DNA of 64,000 nucleotides from Flavobacteriales bacterium. Lineage in GTDB: Bacteria > Bacteroidota > Bacteroidia > Flavobacteriales_F > PHOS-HE28. Both the position numbers and the translations under genes were made by a program. Below are positions 19,017 through 29,636 of this stretch, one piece after another. The notes beneath the pieces are model-generated. The model made no database searches. It was not told the origin of the DNA and saw only the letters and a list, made by a program, of their open reading frames with translations. The DNA lies in the NCBI GenBank assembly GCA_016705545.1, contig JADIYA010000007.1:10953-74952 (forward strand). Direction: 5' to 3'. Numbering within the stretch: position 1 is the first letter of the stretch; each line of letters begins with the position of its first letter.

Positions 19017-20333
19017 ATGCATTTGAAACTCATGACTGGTTGGCGCCGATGGCCCTTGGCTGCCGGCATCCTCGCCCTTCTCTTCATCGGCTACGGAATC
19101 AGCCTGGTCTCCCGCTCACGCGTGGTGCAGGCACGCATCGCGCAGGAAGTGCGCCTGCTCGATGCGCTCAGCAAGCTCGGCGACGAACTGCACCGCCTCG
19201 GGGTGGTGCACCGCGTGGATGTGAGCAGCGCGCAACGGCAATGGCCAATTGACCTTCAGCGCTTCCGCGACCAAGCCGAGTCGATCACGGAGGGATTCAA
19301 TGGTCTGCCTGGAGTGGACCGGTTGCCGAACGAGCTGATGCCACCTTTGGTCCAAGCTGATTCACTGCATGTGCAAGCCGTGCTGCGCGGAGATCACATC
19401 GCCGACCCCCGCTCCGTAGAGGCCGTGTTCCAGATCATGTTGGGCCGCGCGCAGAAGGCCATCGACCGGAATGCTCGCGCGGTGCACGAGGAAGGCCTGA
19501 GCGCGCACTCCAGCACGCTCAGCCGCCAATGGCAAGAGGCCCAGCTGCTGCTGATCGCGGCCTGCCTGCTGGCGGTGGCCATGGCCTGGCTCGTGGGTGC
19601 ACGGGGACAGTTGCTCTCCGAGAGCCGCTTGCGCGCCGAGCAGCTCGATGTGGCGAGGCAGAATTTGGAACGCGCCAACCGCGACCTTCGGGAAACCATG
19701 CTCAGCAAGGAGGAAAAGGAGGTGATGATCAAGGAGATCCACCACCGTGTGAAAAACAACCTGCAGATCGTAAAGAGCCTGATCCGGTTCCAGATGGACC
19801 AGGTAAAGGATCCGCGCACCACCGAGCTCTTCAACGAATGCGTGAACCGCGTGAGCGCCATGGCACTGGTGCATGAACAGACCTATCTCACCAAGGACCT
19901 GGCGAACATCCCGGTCGATGGCTACCTGAACAGCCTCGTGCGCGACCTCGTGTATGCCTACTCGGTGAACATCAAGCTGAACATGGACATCGACATCAGC
20001 GTGAAGACCCTCACCGTGGATACGCTGGTTCCATTGGGCTTGCTGGTGAACGAGGTGATCAGCAACAGCTTCAAGTACGCGTTCCCCGGCCGCAACAGCG
20101 GCACCATCACCTTCCACCTGCACGGCAGTGAGGCTGAAGGCCTCCGCATGCGCGTGGGCGACGATGGCGTGGGACTCAAGAGCCGCGATGGCTTCCATCG
20201 GCACAACAGCTTGGGCATGGACCTGATCCACACCCTGGCCGGACAGCTTGATTGCGATATCCAATTGCTCGATGGCCCCGGCACCCAGTATGAACTCGTG
20301 AGCCAGAAACTGGCCAAGCGGAAGGTGGCCTGA
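19017..20333 (+). CDS. membrane sensor histidine kinase, HisKA_2 (HWE/His_kinase-type) family
   Basis: Two TM helices flanking a periplasmic segment, a coiled coil, then IHHRVKNNLQIVKSLI (HisKA_2 H-box) and HATPase_c (NELISNSFKYAF...GDDGVGL). Confidence 0.8.
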   Translation: MHLKLMTGWRRWPLAAGILALLFIGYGISLVSRSRVVQARIAQEVRLLDALSKLGDELHRLGVVHRVDVSSAQRQWPIDLQRFRDQAESITEGFNGLPGVDRLPNELMPPLVQADSLHVQAVLRGDHIADPRSVEAVFQIMLGRAQKAIDRNARAVHEEGLSAHSSTLSRQWQEAQLLLIAACLLAVAMAWLVGARGQLLSESRLRAEQLDVARQNLERANRDLRETMLSKEEKEVMIKEIHHRVKNNLQIVKSLIRFQMDQVKDPRTTELFNECVNRVSAMALVHEQTYLTKDLANIPVDGYLNSLVRDLVYAYSVNIKLNMDIDISVKTLTVDTLVPLGLLVNEVISNSFKYAFPGRNSGTITFHLHGSEAEGLRMRVGDDGVGLKSRDGFHRHNSLGMDLIHTLAGQLDCDIQLLDGPGTQYELVSQKLAKRKVA

Positions 20334-20412
20334 GCCAACCGTTCATCATCGCGCCTTCGCGTTGTCAATCACCGCTTACGGATAGCTTCGCCGGCCATAA
20401 ACGCGAAGCGCC

Positions 20413-22578
20413 ATGCTCAAGCCCGCTATCCTTGCCTTTCCCCTTGCGCTGCTCTGCGCATGCGGCGGCGACCAACCCATCGTGGAGAACATCACCTACC
20501 CGGAAACCCGCAAGGATCCAGTTGCTGGCGACACCCTGCACGGCAGTTATGTCGCCGATCCGTACCGATGGCTGGAGAACGACACCAGCGCGGAGACCGC
20601 TGATTGGGTGAAACGCCAGAACGCCGTCACCAATGCTTATCTGGAGAAGATCCCCTACCGAGGTGCGCTGGCCAAACGCTACGAGGAGCTCTACAACTTC
20701 CCCAAGGTGTATGGGCCCATGCGCGTTGGCGAGCTCTACTTCATCTGGAAGAACAGCGGCCTCCAGAACCAGAGCGTGATCCTGGTGCGCAAAGGACTCG
20801 AAGGCGAGGACCAGGTCTTCATCGACCCCAACCAGCTCGACCCAGCGGGAACCACCACCTACAACCCCATTGGGGTGAGCAAAGACGACCGCTACATGGC
20901 CGTGAGCGTGCAGAAGGCCGGCAGCGACTGGCAGGAGATCATGGTGTATGACCTCAGCACCCTGCAGCCCACCACGGACCTGATCAAATGGAGCAAGTTC
21001 AGCGGTGCCTCCTGGTATAAGGACGGCTTCTTCTACAGCCGCTATCCTGCCCCGGCCAAGGGCACCGAACTGAGCGCGGCCAGCAAATTCCAAAAGGTCT
21101 ATTACCACAAGCTGGGCGACCCGCAGGAACAGGATGCGCTCGTGTGGGAGAACAAGGAGAACGGCGACCTCTACGTGGGGGTGGGCGTCACCGAGGAAGA
21201 GGAATTCGCAACGCTCTACGTGAGCACCGGCACCAACGGCTACGAGATGCACTTCCACGATCTGCGAGGCGGCGACATGCCTTCGCCTGCTACGAAGTGG
21301 ATGCCCTTGCAGACCGGCTTCGATCACAAGACAAGCATCATCGACTTCGTGCCCGCCACCGGCAAATTCCTGGTGATGACCGAGGTGGATGCACCCAACT
21401 ACCGTCTGGTGGAAGTGGACCCGAAGAATCCCGCCAAGGAGAACTGGAAGGTCATCATCCCCGAAGCGAAGGAACTGTTGCAAGGCGTGAGCACTGGCGG
21501 CGGCAACCTCTTCGCGGAATACCTGAAGGATGCCACGAGCCGCTTCTACCGCATGAAGCTCGATGGCAGCGGCAAGCAAGAGATCGCATTGCCCGACATC
21601 GGCAGCGCTGGCGGCTTCGGCGGCAAGCGGAACGACACCTATAGCTTTTACAGCTTCACCAGCTTCACCGATCCGGGCAGCATCTACAAATACGATTACG
21701 CCACCGGGCAGAGTGAAGTTTGGTTCCGCCCTGAGCTGAAGTTCGATCCCGCGCAGTTCGTCACGGAACAGGTGTTCTATCCCAGCAAGGACGGTACGAA
21801 GGTCCCGATGTTCATCGTGAGCAAGAAGGGCACCCAGAAGAATGGCCAGAACCCCACCCTGCTCTACGCCTACGGCGGATTCAACATCAGCCTCTCCCCG
21901 AGTTTCAGCACCAGCCGCATGCTCCTCCTGGAGCAAGGCGGCGTGTTCGCGCTGGCCAATCTGCGCGGCGGCGGTGAGTACGGCGAGGACTGGCACAAGG
22001 CCGGCATGAAGGACAAGAAGCAGAACGTGTTCGATGATTTCATCGCTGCCGCTGAATACCTGATCAAGGAGAAATGGACCGACAGCGCGCACTTGGGAAT
22101 CAACGGCGGCAGCAACGGCGGCCTGCTCGTGGGGGCCGTAATGACGCAGCGCCCCGATCTCTTCGGGGTGTGCTTCCCGGAGGTGGGCGTGCTCGACATG
22201 CTGCGCTACCAGAAGTTCACCGCCGGCTTCGGTTGGGTGCCCGAGTACGGCAACGCCGAGAACAGCAAGGAGGAGTTCGACTACCTGATCAAGTACTCGC
22301 CCTTGCATAACTGCAAGCCCGCGAAGTACCCCGCTACCATGGTGATGACCGCCGATCACGACGACCGTGTGGTGCCCGCGCACAGCTTCAAGTTCATCAG
22401 CGCGCTGCAGCCAGCGCAGCAAGGCGATGCACCCGTGCTCATCCGCGTAGAGACGCAAGCCGGACACGGTGCTGGCAAGCCCACCAGCAAGATCATCGAG
22501 GAGCAGGCGGATAAGTGGGCCTTCTTTTTCAAGAGCGTGGGGGTCACGCCCACTTTCGCTGGGGAGGCGATGCATTAA
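20413..22578 (+). CDS. prolyl oligopeptidase (S9A), lipoprotein
   Basis: Lipobox LLCACGG, beta-propeller N-terminal domain, catalytic GGSNGGLL (Ser), ...DHDDRVVPAHSFKF (Asp), ...GHGAGKP (His). Confidence 0.93.
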   Translation: MLKPAILAFPLALLCACGGDQPIVENITYPETRKDPVAGDTLHGSYVADPYRWLENDTSAETADWVKRQNAVTNAYLEKIPYRGALAKRYEELYNFPKVYGPMRVGELYFIWKNSGLQNQSVILVRKGLEGEDQVFIDPNQLDPAGTTTYNPIGVSKDDRYMAVSVQKAGSDWQEIMVYDLSTLQPTTDLIKWSKFSGASWYKDGFFYSRYPAPAKGTELSAASKFQKVYYHKLGDPQEQDALVWENKENGDLYVGVGVTEEEEFATLYVSTGTNGYEMHFHDLRGGDMPSPATKWMPLQTGFDHKTSIIDFVPATGKFLVMTEVDAPNYRLVEVDPKNPAKENWKVIIPEAKELLQGVSTGGGNLFAEYLKDATSRFYRMKLDGSGKQEIALPDIGSAGGFGGKRNDTYSFYSFTSFTDPGSIYKYDYATGQSEVWFRPELKFDPAQFVTEQVFYPSKDGTKVPMFIVSKKGTQKNGQNPTLLYAYGGFNISLSPSFSTSRMLLLEQGGVFALANLRGGGEYGEDWHKAGMKDKKQNVFDDFIAAAEYLIKEKWTDSAHLGINGGSNGGLLVGAVMTQRPDLFGVCFPEVGVLDMLRYQKFTAGFGWVPEYGNAENSKEEFDYLIKYSPLHNCKPAKYPATMVMTADHDDRVVPAHSFKFISALQPAQQGDAPVLIRVETQAGHGAGKPTSKIIEEQADKWAFFFKSVGVTPTFAGEAMH

Positions 22579-22639
22579 GTCGCGAACAAGACAAGGCAGC
22601 GCCCGGTCCAGCGATGGATCGGGCGTTTACTTTCACCCC

Positions 22640-23101
22640 ATGTCCGACATGCATCTATACACCCTGGACCTGTTTTGGCGCGGTGACCATACGCGCAGCT
22701 ATGAGGAGTACACGCGCGAGCACCTCATCCGCATCAAGGGCAAGAACGAGCTGCGCGCCACCGCCGATCCCCTATTCCGCGGCGACGGCAGTTTGCACAA
22801 TCCGGAAGACCTCTTGCTCGCCGCGCTCAGCAGCTGCCACTTGCTCACCTACCTCGCCCTGTGCGCACGGGCCCGCATCAACGTGCTCAGCTATCATGAT
22901 CAAGCCGAAGGCACCCTCATGCTCACCAAGGATGGCGGCGGTCATTTCAGTGGAGTGATGCTGCGACCACAGGTGCGTATCGAGGATGGGGGGCATTTGG
23001 AGAAAGCCATCGCCTTCCACGAAGCCGCGCACAAGTACTGCTTCATTGCGCGCAGCGTGAATTTCCCGGTGAATTGCGAAGCGGCGGTTTCCGCGGCCTG
23101 A
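22640..23101 (+). CDS. OsmC/Ohr-family peroxiredoxin-like protein
   Basis: Start MSDMHLYTLDLFWRGD. Conserved Cys pair context ...LLAALSSCHLLTY... and ...AHKYCFIARSV. 153 aa. Confidence 0.8.
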   Translation: MSDMHLYTLDLFWRGDHTRSYEEYTREHLIRIKGKNELRATADPLFRGDGSLHNPEDLLLAALSSCHLLTYLALCARARINVLSYHDQAEGTLMLTKDGGGHFSGVMLRPQVRIEDGGHLEKAIAFHEAAHKYCFIARSVNFPVNCEAAVSAA

Positions 23102-23109
23102 ATCAACCT

Positions 23110-24450
23110 CTATCTCAATCGCTCCCGGTATAGCGTGCGCTTCTGGGTTGACCCGTGCGGCCGGTACACATAGTACGCGTGGCCTTCATGCACCTGCACA
23201 TCTTCCGGGAACGGGTGCACGAGCATCGAAGGCGCGCCTATCGATCCATCGCGCACGTCAACCGACCGCAACCAGGTGCGCGGCCCTTGCCGGAACAGCG
23301 CGTACACCTGTCCGCTATGCTGATCCTGGATCAAGGTCTTGGCCCAATGCCGCTCCGCGGCATGCCGCATCTTGACCTCCGCGACGGCTGTGCCTTCGGC
23401 CATGAAACGGCGGATGCGCTCCTTGGCATGATCGAACACGCACAGTGTATCGCGCACCACGAAGAGCGGCGCGTAGGGCACCTTGAAGTAGAGGTCCTTG
23501 TGGAAGCCGGTCATGAAGCCTGCGATGAGCTCGCGATCGATGCCGGTCTCGATCTCCAGGTCCATGGCGATCACCTTGTCGGGGCCGCTCATATACTTGT
23601 ATTGGCTCCGGAAGAGCTCGATCATGAAATCGTCCTGCACGGTGCAGAGCAGCTGATCCTTGTTCGTTTTCAGGTCGCGCGCGAAATGCTCGAAGGCCGG
23701 GTAAGCTTCGTTGCGGTTGTTGCCGAGCAGCTTGCCGCCGAGGCTGTCCGTCCAGGGCAGCACGGCTTCGCGCAGGGTCTCTCGGTCTAGCCTGCCCAAG
23801 GCGAGCAGATCACCCTCGCGACGAGCGATCCAACCCTCGCGCGCGCCTTCCACAACCGGCCTGCCACCGTGATCGCAATGCATGGCGCGCGCGTCGTCGG
23901 GCAAGCCGATGCTGGCCATTTCGCGCAGCAACGTATCAAGCAGCACCAGGCGGGCCGCCTGCATCACACGCTGCCCGGCATCGGCCTGGGAGTGCCAGAG
24001 CTGCGGCTTGCTATAGGCGAGCACCCAGAGGCCATCGGCATTCGCCAGGTAGCCACCCACGTGGAGGTCCGGCCGTTTGAACACGACCTCTGGCGCGATC
24101 CGCGCGCGCACTTCGGTGGGGTCAAGCAGAATGGCGCCGCGCGCGAGGCGCAACAAGAGGACTTCGCCGGTGGCTACCTCCTTAGCCGGCACCTTCTGCT
24201 TCAATTCCGTGAAGCCCGTATAGGTGATGCGCAATTGCACATCAACACCACGCCGCACGTTCAGGCTGAAGCGGCCCTCGGCATCGGACACCTCGCCCTC
24301 GTCCGTGCCCGGGATGCTGATATGGGCACCGGACAAGGGCTGGTTCGTTTCGGAATCCAGCACCACACCGCTGAGCAAGGATGGTTGCGCACGAAGCATC
24401 ACCCCAATCGCGATGAAGAGGGCTGAAAGGCCAAATGCAAGGATCTTCAT
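23110..24450 (-). CDS. hypothetical secreted protein with N-terminal carboxypeptidase-regulatory-like (CarbopepD_reg) domain
   Basis: Start MKILAFGLSALFIAIGVMLRAQ. GVVLDSETNQPLSGAHISIPGTDEGEVSDAEGRFSL is the CarbopepD_reg signature. Confidence 0.55.
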   Translation of the reverse strand: MKILAFGLSALFIAIGVMLRAQPSLLSGVVLDSETNQPLSGAHISIPGTDEGEVSDAEGRFSLNVRRGVDVQLRITYTGFTELKQKVPAKEVATGEVLLLRLARGAILLDPTEVRARIAPEVVFKRPDLHVGGYLANADGLWVLAYSKPQLWHSQADAGQRVMQAARLVLLDTLLREMASIGLPDDARAMHCDHGGRPVVEGAREGWIARREGDLLALGRLDRETLREAVLPWTDSLGGKLLGNNRNEAYPAFEHFARDLKTNKDQLLCTVQDDFMIELFRSQYKYMSGPDKVIAMDLEIETGIDRELIAGFMTGFHKDLYFKVPYAPLFVVRDTLCVFDHAKERIRRFMAEGTAVAEVKMRHAAERHWAKTLIQDQHSGQVYALFRQGPRTWLRSVDVRDGSIGAPSMLVHPFPEDVQVHEGHAYYVYRPHGSTQKRTLYRERLR

Positions 24451-24538
24451 GCTCGTGCGTTGCCGTGGTAAGATACCTTGGCGCTGAAGATCGCATAACC
24501 CGCTGGTCAAGCAAGGGTGCATCGGATCAAGCAACGGC

Positions 24539-25030
24539 ATGCAGCAGGCACTGCGCTACGATCATTACAAGGTGCTGGGCGTGCCGCGCGATGCTACGGC
24601 CACCGAGATCAAGCGCGCCTACCGCGATCGCGTGAAGCAATGGCACCCGGACCGGAATGATTCGGCACGCGCGCCCGAGGTGTTCCAAGCCTTGCATCAG
24701 GCCTACCTCATTCTCAGCGATGACGCAGCCCGCGCGGAGTACAATGCGCAGTTGCGATTCTACCGCAGAGCAGACGCTCCCGCCCATGCCAAGCCCCCGG
24801 CCCATAACACCCACGCACGCCGCCCGATGGCGGATGAGCGTCCGGTCACGCGCACTGACCGCACCTTGTTCCGGGGCTTGCATGCCACGGGCCTTGCCTT
24901 CGGCGTGCTGCTGGTAAGCGGCATCTGCATCGGCTGCGTGTTCTTCGGGTGGCCGCTTTACACCCTCCTCTTCCTGCTGCCCGGTTTGGCAGTGATCCCC
25001 GATAGCCTCGCTGGGCTTCGTGCCAAATGA
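24539..25030 (+). CDS. J-domain (DnaJ-like) membrane protein
   Basis: YDHYKVLGVPRDATATEIKRAYRDRVKQWHPDRN (J-domain with HPD) plus C-terminal TM helices. Confidence 0.85.
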   Translation: MQQALRYDHYKVLGVPRDATATEIKRAYRDRVKQWHPDRNDSARAPEVFQALHQAYLILSDDAARAEYNAQLRFYRRADAPAHAKPPAHNTHARRPMADERPVTRTDRTLFRGLHATGLAFGVLLVSGICIGCVFFGWPLYTLLFLLPGLAVIPDSLAGLRAK

Positions 25031-25032
25031 CG

Positions 25033-25056
25033 AAGGCCGCCATTTGGCGGCCTTCG
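25033..25056. terminator. bidirectional intrinsic terminator between the J-domain gene and ilvE
   Basis: Perfect hairpin GAAGGCCGCC-ATTT-GGCGGCCTTC sits between convergent stop codons. Confidence 0.6.
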
Positions 25057-25076
25057 TGGGAAAGAACAGAGGACTA

Positions 25077-26144
25077 TCAGACCGGCACCACCCACCCGTA
25101 GGGATCGGCCACACGGCCGCGACGGATATCATCGAGCTTCTTGCCGATGCGATTGGCCAGTTCCCGCGTCTCTACGCCAGGGAGGTCGTAAGTGGCATCG
25201 TCAAAAGCGATGGTCTGGATGTGCGCGATGGTGGCGGCAGTGCCAGCGCCGAAGGCGGAGCGCAAGCGGCCATTGCGCGCAGCAACTTCCACTTCTTCGA
25301 CGGACACGCGGCGCTCTTCCACCTTGATGCCCTCATCCTTGGCGATGCGGATGATGCTGTCGCGCGTGATGCCGCGCAGGATGGTGCCATCGAGCGCAGG
25401 GGTGATCAGCGTGCCATCGATATTGAAGAACACGTTCATTGTGCCGCTCTCCTCGATGTACTCGTGCGTGAGGCCATCGGTCCAAAGCAGCTGATGGAAG
25501 CCCTCCTCCTGACCCAGCTTGGCCGGATAGAGGCCGCCACCGTAGTTGCCGCCGCACTTGGCTTCACCGGTACCGCCGGGGAATGCACGGCTGAACTTCG
25601 TCTCTACTTTCACACGGACCGGCTCATTGTAATAGCCGCGCACCGGGCAGGTGAAGATGATCAGGCGGTAGGTATCGCTCGGTCGCACCCCGATATAGGC
25701 GTCGCTTGCGAACAGGAACGGTCGGATGTAGAGCGAGGCGTCCTCATCCTTCAGCACCCAGCTGCTATCAGCGCGCACCAGTTCCACCATCGCTTCCAGG
25801 AAGGCCTCCTCCGGGATATGCGGCATGCACATGCGGTGTGCGCTATGATTCATGCGCGTGATGTTGTCTTGTGGACGGATAAGATTGATCCCGCCATCCA
25901 CGTTGCGATAGGCCTTCAGTCCCTCGAAAATGGTCTGGCTGTAGTGCAGCACCAAGGAAGCCGGGCTCATGCGCATGTCCGCGAAGGGCACGATCCGCAT
26001 GTCGCGCCACCCGCCATCGGCATAGTCCATCACGAACATGTGGTCGCTGAAGACCCTTCCGAACTTGATGTTCTCGAGATCCGTTGTTGGCAGCTTCGAG
26101 GCGGCGATGCGCTCGATGGCTATCTTTTGGCCGGTGGTGATCAT
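25077..26144 (-). CDS. ilvE: branched-chain amino acid aminotransferase
   Basis: 355-aa ORF with FSDHMF..., EGLKAY..., TGGEAKCGGNYG, and full-length class-IV aminotransferase architecture. Confidence 0.93.
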   Translation of the reverse strand: MITTGQKIAIERIAASKLPTTDLENIKFGRVFSDHMFVMDYADGGWRDMRIVPFADMRMSPASLVLHYSQTIFEGLKAYRNVDGGINLIRPQDNITRMNHSAHRMCMPHIPEEAFLEAMVELVRADSSWVLKDEDASLYIRPFLFASDAYIGVRPSDTYRLIIFTCPVRGYYNEPVRVKVETKFSRAFPGGTGEAKCGGNYGGGLYPAKLGQEEGFHQLLWTDGLTHEYIEESGTMNVFFNIDGTLITPALDGTILRGITRDSIIRIAKDEGIKVEERRVSVEEVEVAARNGRLRSAFGAGTAATIAHIQTIAFDDATYDLPGVETRELANRIGKKLDDIRRGRVADPYGWVVPV

Positions 26145-26239
26145 GCGCGTTGCGATTCAGGGGCTCGGGCCAAATGTAGAAGGCCCGCGCAGGTGAACGG
26201 CGCCAATGTAGCCCCGCCGAACGAAGCCGCCGTTAAGGG

Positions 26240-28087
26240 ATGTCAAGTCCAACTGTGTTGCGAACGCCCGCTGATGTGCTAATGGCGCACTGGGGTTATG
26301 CTGCCTTCCGGCCCGGTCAGGAGGCGGTGATCGCTCATGTGCTGGAGGGTGGCGACACCTTGGCGCTGCTGCCCACCGGTGGCGGCAAAAGCCTCTGCTA
26401 CCAGGTGCCTGCCCTGTGCATGGGCAAGCTCTGCATCGTGGTCTCGCCGCTGATCGCACTGATGAAGGACCAAGTGGATGGCTTGCGTAAGCGCGGCATT
26501 GCGGCACGCGCGCTCATAGCCGGCATGCGCGCGGCCGAGATCGAGAATACCCTTGAAGCCGCTGTGCACGGCAAACTGGCATTCTTGTATGTCTCTCCCG
26601 AAAGGCTGGGCACGGACATGGTGCGCTCACGTTTGCCGCGCCTGCCGGTGGGCTTGCTGGCCGTTGATGAAGCGCACTGCATCTCCCAATGGGGCCACGA
26701 TTTCAGGCCGGCCTACCGCCGGATCGCTGAGGTGCGGGAACTGCTGCCACGAGTTCCAGTGCTCGCGCTCACGGCCTCTGCCACGCCAGTGGTTGCAGCG
26801 GACATCATGGACCAGCTCGCCTTCAGCAAAGGCAAGCTCCTTCGCGGGTCCTTTGCACGGCCTGAACTCGCCCTGTGGGTAAGCCGTGGTGAGGATCGCA
26901 CTGGGCGATTACTGCGGATCCTGCGTGAAGTCCCTGGCAGCGCCATCGTGTACGCGCGTGAGCGAAGGGCCACGGTCCGCATCGCGCATTTGCTCGCTCA
27001 GCACGGCATCTCAGCCGCCGCATACCATGCCGGACTCGGGACCGCGGAGCGCGATCGCGTGCAGCGTGAATGGACCAGCGGCGCCATCCGGTGCGTGGCC
27101 GCAACCAACGCATTCGGCATGGGCATCGACAAAGCTGACGTGCGCAGCGTGATCCATCTGGAGCCGCCGCCCGACCTGGAGAGCTACTATCAGGAAGCGG
27201 GCCGTGCAGGACGCGATGGCCAGGGATCATGGGCCTTCCTGCTCACTGGGCCGGGCGATGCTGAGCGCGCGCAGGAACGGCTCCGAGACAGCTTCCCTCC
27301 GCTCGAAACCGTGCGCCGCGTCTATCAAGCTCTCGCGGATACGCACGGCATCGCCTTGGGATCGGGGCTGCATGAATCCTACCCGGTGGACATCGCCGCG
27401 CTCGCGAAGCGCACCGGCCTGCGTGCGCCCGTGGTGGCCAATTCACTGAAGGCCTTGGAGCTCGATGGCCGCATCGCATTGAGCGATGGCATCCACAGCC
27501 CTTCGCGCGTGCTGATCATGGCGGATCATGCCAGCGTTCATCGTATGCGCGTGAACGACCAACGGCTCGGTGCCCTTCTGGAAGCGTTGCTCCGTCTGCA
27601 TGGCGGCTTGTTCGAGGAGCCCACGCTGATCGACGAGGCGAGGCTCGAGAGGCTCTTGGGCAAACCGCAGGCGGAAATCATCAGGCAACTCACGGAACTC
27701 GATCGCATGGGCATCCTTTCCTACCGGCAACGCACCGATGCGCCAATGGCCACCTTGCTCATGCCGCGCGCGGATGCCGCTAAGCTCAACTTGGAACCGG
27801 AGGCGCTCAGCGAACGTGAACGACGGGCCAAGGGGCGCGTGCAAGCCATGCTGGACTACGCAGAAGGCGGGGACGAATGCCGCATGATCACGGTGCTCGA
27901 CTATTTCGGTGAGCACCTGGAGGCTCCCTGCGGGCGCTGCGACGCCTGCACGCGCGCAGGAATGAAAGCCGGGTCGAGCCACCGAGCATCATCCGTGGCC
28001 TCCGAGCCCTTGGCCGCCTATGCGCGGATCTCCGCTGCTGATCGGGCGTTGCGCGATGAGTATGGTGACGGGCCCATGGAGGCATGA
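26240..28087 (+). CDS. recQ: ATP-dependent DNA helicase RecQ
   Basis: AFRPGQEAVI..., LPTGGGKSLCYQVPAL (motif I), DEAHCISQWGHDFRP (DEAH), zinc-finger Cys cluster CGRCDAC. 615 aa. Confidence 0.92.
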   Translation: MSSPTVLRTPADVLMAHWGYAAFRPGQEAVIAHVLEGGDTLALLPTGGGKSLCYQVPALCMGKLCIVVSPLIALMKDQVDGLRKRGIAARALIAGMRAAEIENTLEAAVHGKLAFLYVSPERLGTDMVRSRLPRLPVGLLAVDEAHCISQWGHDFRPAYRRIAEVRELLPRVPVLALTASATPVVAADIMDQLAFSKGKLLRGSFARPELALWVSRGEDRTGRLLRILREVPGSAIVYARERRATVRIAHLLAQHGISAAAYHAGLGTAERDRVQREWTSGAIRCVAATNAFGMGIDKADVRSVIHLEPPPDLESYYQEAGRAGRDGQGSWAFLLTGPGDAERAQERLRDSFPPLETVRRVYQALADTHGIALGSGLHESYPVDIAALAKRTGLRAPVVANSLKALELDGRIALSDGIHSPSRVLIMADHASVHRMRVNDQRLGALLEALLRLHGGLFEEPTLIDEARLERLLGKPQAEIIRQLTELDRMGILSYRQRTDAPMATLLMPRADAAKLNLEPEALSERERRAKGRVQAMLDYAEGGDECRMITVLDYFGEHLEAPCGRCDACTRAGMKAGSSHRASSVASEPLAAYARISAADRALRDEYGDGPMEA

Positions 28088-28683
28088 GCGCAACGCTGAA
28101 CCGGGATTTCTACACGCGAACGGACGTCATGCGCATCGCGAGGGAGCTGCTGGGCATGGTGCTGGTGAGCGAGATGGATGGAATCCGCACCAGCGGCTTC
28201 ATCACCGAGACGGAAGCCTACGCAGGAATCGGCGACCGCGCTTCGCACGCCTTCGGCGGCAGGCGGACAGCGCGCACTGAAGTGATGTACGCTGCTGGCG
28301 GCACGGCATACGTGTACCTCTGCTATGGCATGCACCACCTCTTCAATGTGGTCACGCATGAAGCCGGCACCCCGCATGCGATTCTCGTGCGCGCCATGGA
28401 ACCATTGGAAGGGATCGAGGCCATGCGTGCCCGGCGCGAAGGGAGGCCTCTGCGCACTGGAGGTCCGGCCTTGGTGAGCAACGCGCTCGGCATTCGGACA
28501 ATGCACTCCGGACTGGACCTGATTAGCGGCCCGATAAGGATCGAGGATCATGGCTATCGACCCTTGCACGCATCGATCATAGCCGGACCACGGATCGGTG
28601 TTGATTACGCAGGCGCCGATGCACTGCTGCCTTACCGGTTCCGCATCGCACCTTCGCCGCCATCGAACCGGAAGTGGAAGTGA
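28084..28683 (+). CDS. mpg: DNA-3-methyladenine glycosylase (Mpg/AAG family)
   Basis: LLGMVLVS..., ITETEAY...DRASHAF, GTAYVYLCYGMHHLFNVV. Start overlaps the recQ stop (ATGA). Confidence 0.88.
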   Translation: MSATLNRDFYTRTDVMRIARELLGMVLVSEMDGIRTSGFITETEAYAGIGDRASHAFGGRRTARTEVMYAAGGTAYVYLCYGMHHLFNVVTHEAGTPHAILVRAMEPLEGIEAMRARREGRPLRTGGPALVSNALGIRTMHSGLDLISGPIRIEDHGYRPLHASIIAGPRIGVDYAGADALLPYRFRIAPSPPSNRKWK

Positions 28684-29636
28684 GCAAGGGCCGCGTGATC
28701 TTCATGGGCACACCGGAATTCGCGGTGGCCAGCCTGCGTGCATTGATCGATGCGGGCATTGATGCAGCAGCGGTGATCACAGCACCGGATCGGCCTGCCG
28801 GCCGCGGCCAGCGCTTGCGCATGAGCGCCGTGAAGGAATTCGCCTTGGAGCGCGAGCTCCGCGTGCTGCAGCCGGAGAAACTCCGGGATCCGGCCTTCTT
28901 AGCCGACCTGGATGAGTTGCAGGCCGACCTGTTTGTCGTGGTCGCCTTCCGCATGCTGCCTGCAGCAGTCTGGCAGAAGCCTCCGTTGGGCACCATCAAC
29001 CTGCATGCATCCCTGCTGCCCGCATACCGAGGGGCCGCACCGATCAACTGGGCCATCATCAACGGTGAAACGCGCACCGGCGCCACAACCTTCTTCATCC
29101 GCGAGGAGATCGACACAGGCGATGTGCTTGACCGCATTGAATTGGCCATCGGCCCGGAGGAGAGCGCGGGGGAGTTGCATGACAGATTGATGACCGCTGG
29201 TGCAGCGCTTCTTACGAGGACGGTGAGGCGCATCTTGGATGGAAATCGATCCAGCACGCCACAAGGCCCATTGCCGAATGGATCACCACTCGCCCCGAAG
29301 CTCACACCGGATAACTGCCGCGTGGATTGGAATCGGCCCTCGCAGCATGTGCACAACCTGATCCGCGGCCTCTCCCCTTTCCCCGGCGCATGGACCATGC
29401 TCCATCATGCTGATGGACGCGCGGAACGGTTCAAGATCCTTCGTGCCAAAGTCGAGGCGGACGCGGATAATGGTTCCGATGCGGGAGCCATCATTCTGAA
29501 AAATCAAGCGTTGCTCGTCCGCTGCGCCGACGGTTGGTTAGCCGTGACCGAGCTGCAGCCCGAGGGGCGCAAGCGCATGTCCGCTGCCGATTTCATCCGC
29601 GGCGCTGGGCGCCTTGAGCATGCCCGTTTCCAATGA
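28674..29636 (+). CDS. fmt: methionyl-tRNA formyltransferase
   Basis: RVIFMGTPEFAV, ...INLHASLLPAYRGAAPINWAI (formyltransferase core), C-terminal Fmt domain. Confidence 0.93.
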   Translation: MEVSKGRVIFMGTPEFAVASLRALIDAGIDAAAVITAPDRPAGRGQRLRMSAVKEFALERELRVLQPEKLRDPAFLADLDELQADLFVVVAFRMLPAAVWQKPPLGTINLHASLLPAYRGAAPINWAIINGETRTGATTFFIREEIDTGDVLDRIELAIGPEESAGELHDRLMTAGAALLTRTVRRILDGNRSSTPQGPLPNGSPLAPKLTPDNCRVDWNRPSQHVHNLIRGLSPFPGAWTMLHHADGRAERFKILRAKVEADADNGSDAGAIILKNQALLVRCADGWLAVTELQPEGRKRMSAADFIRGAGRLEHARFQ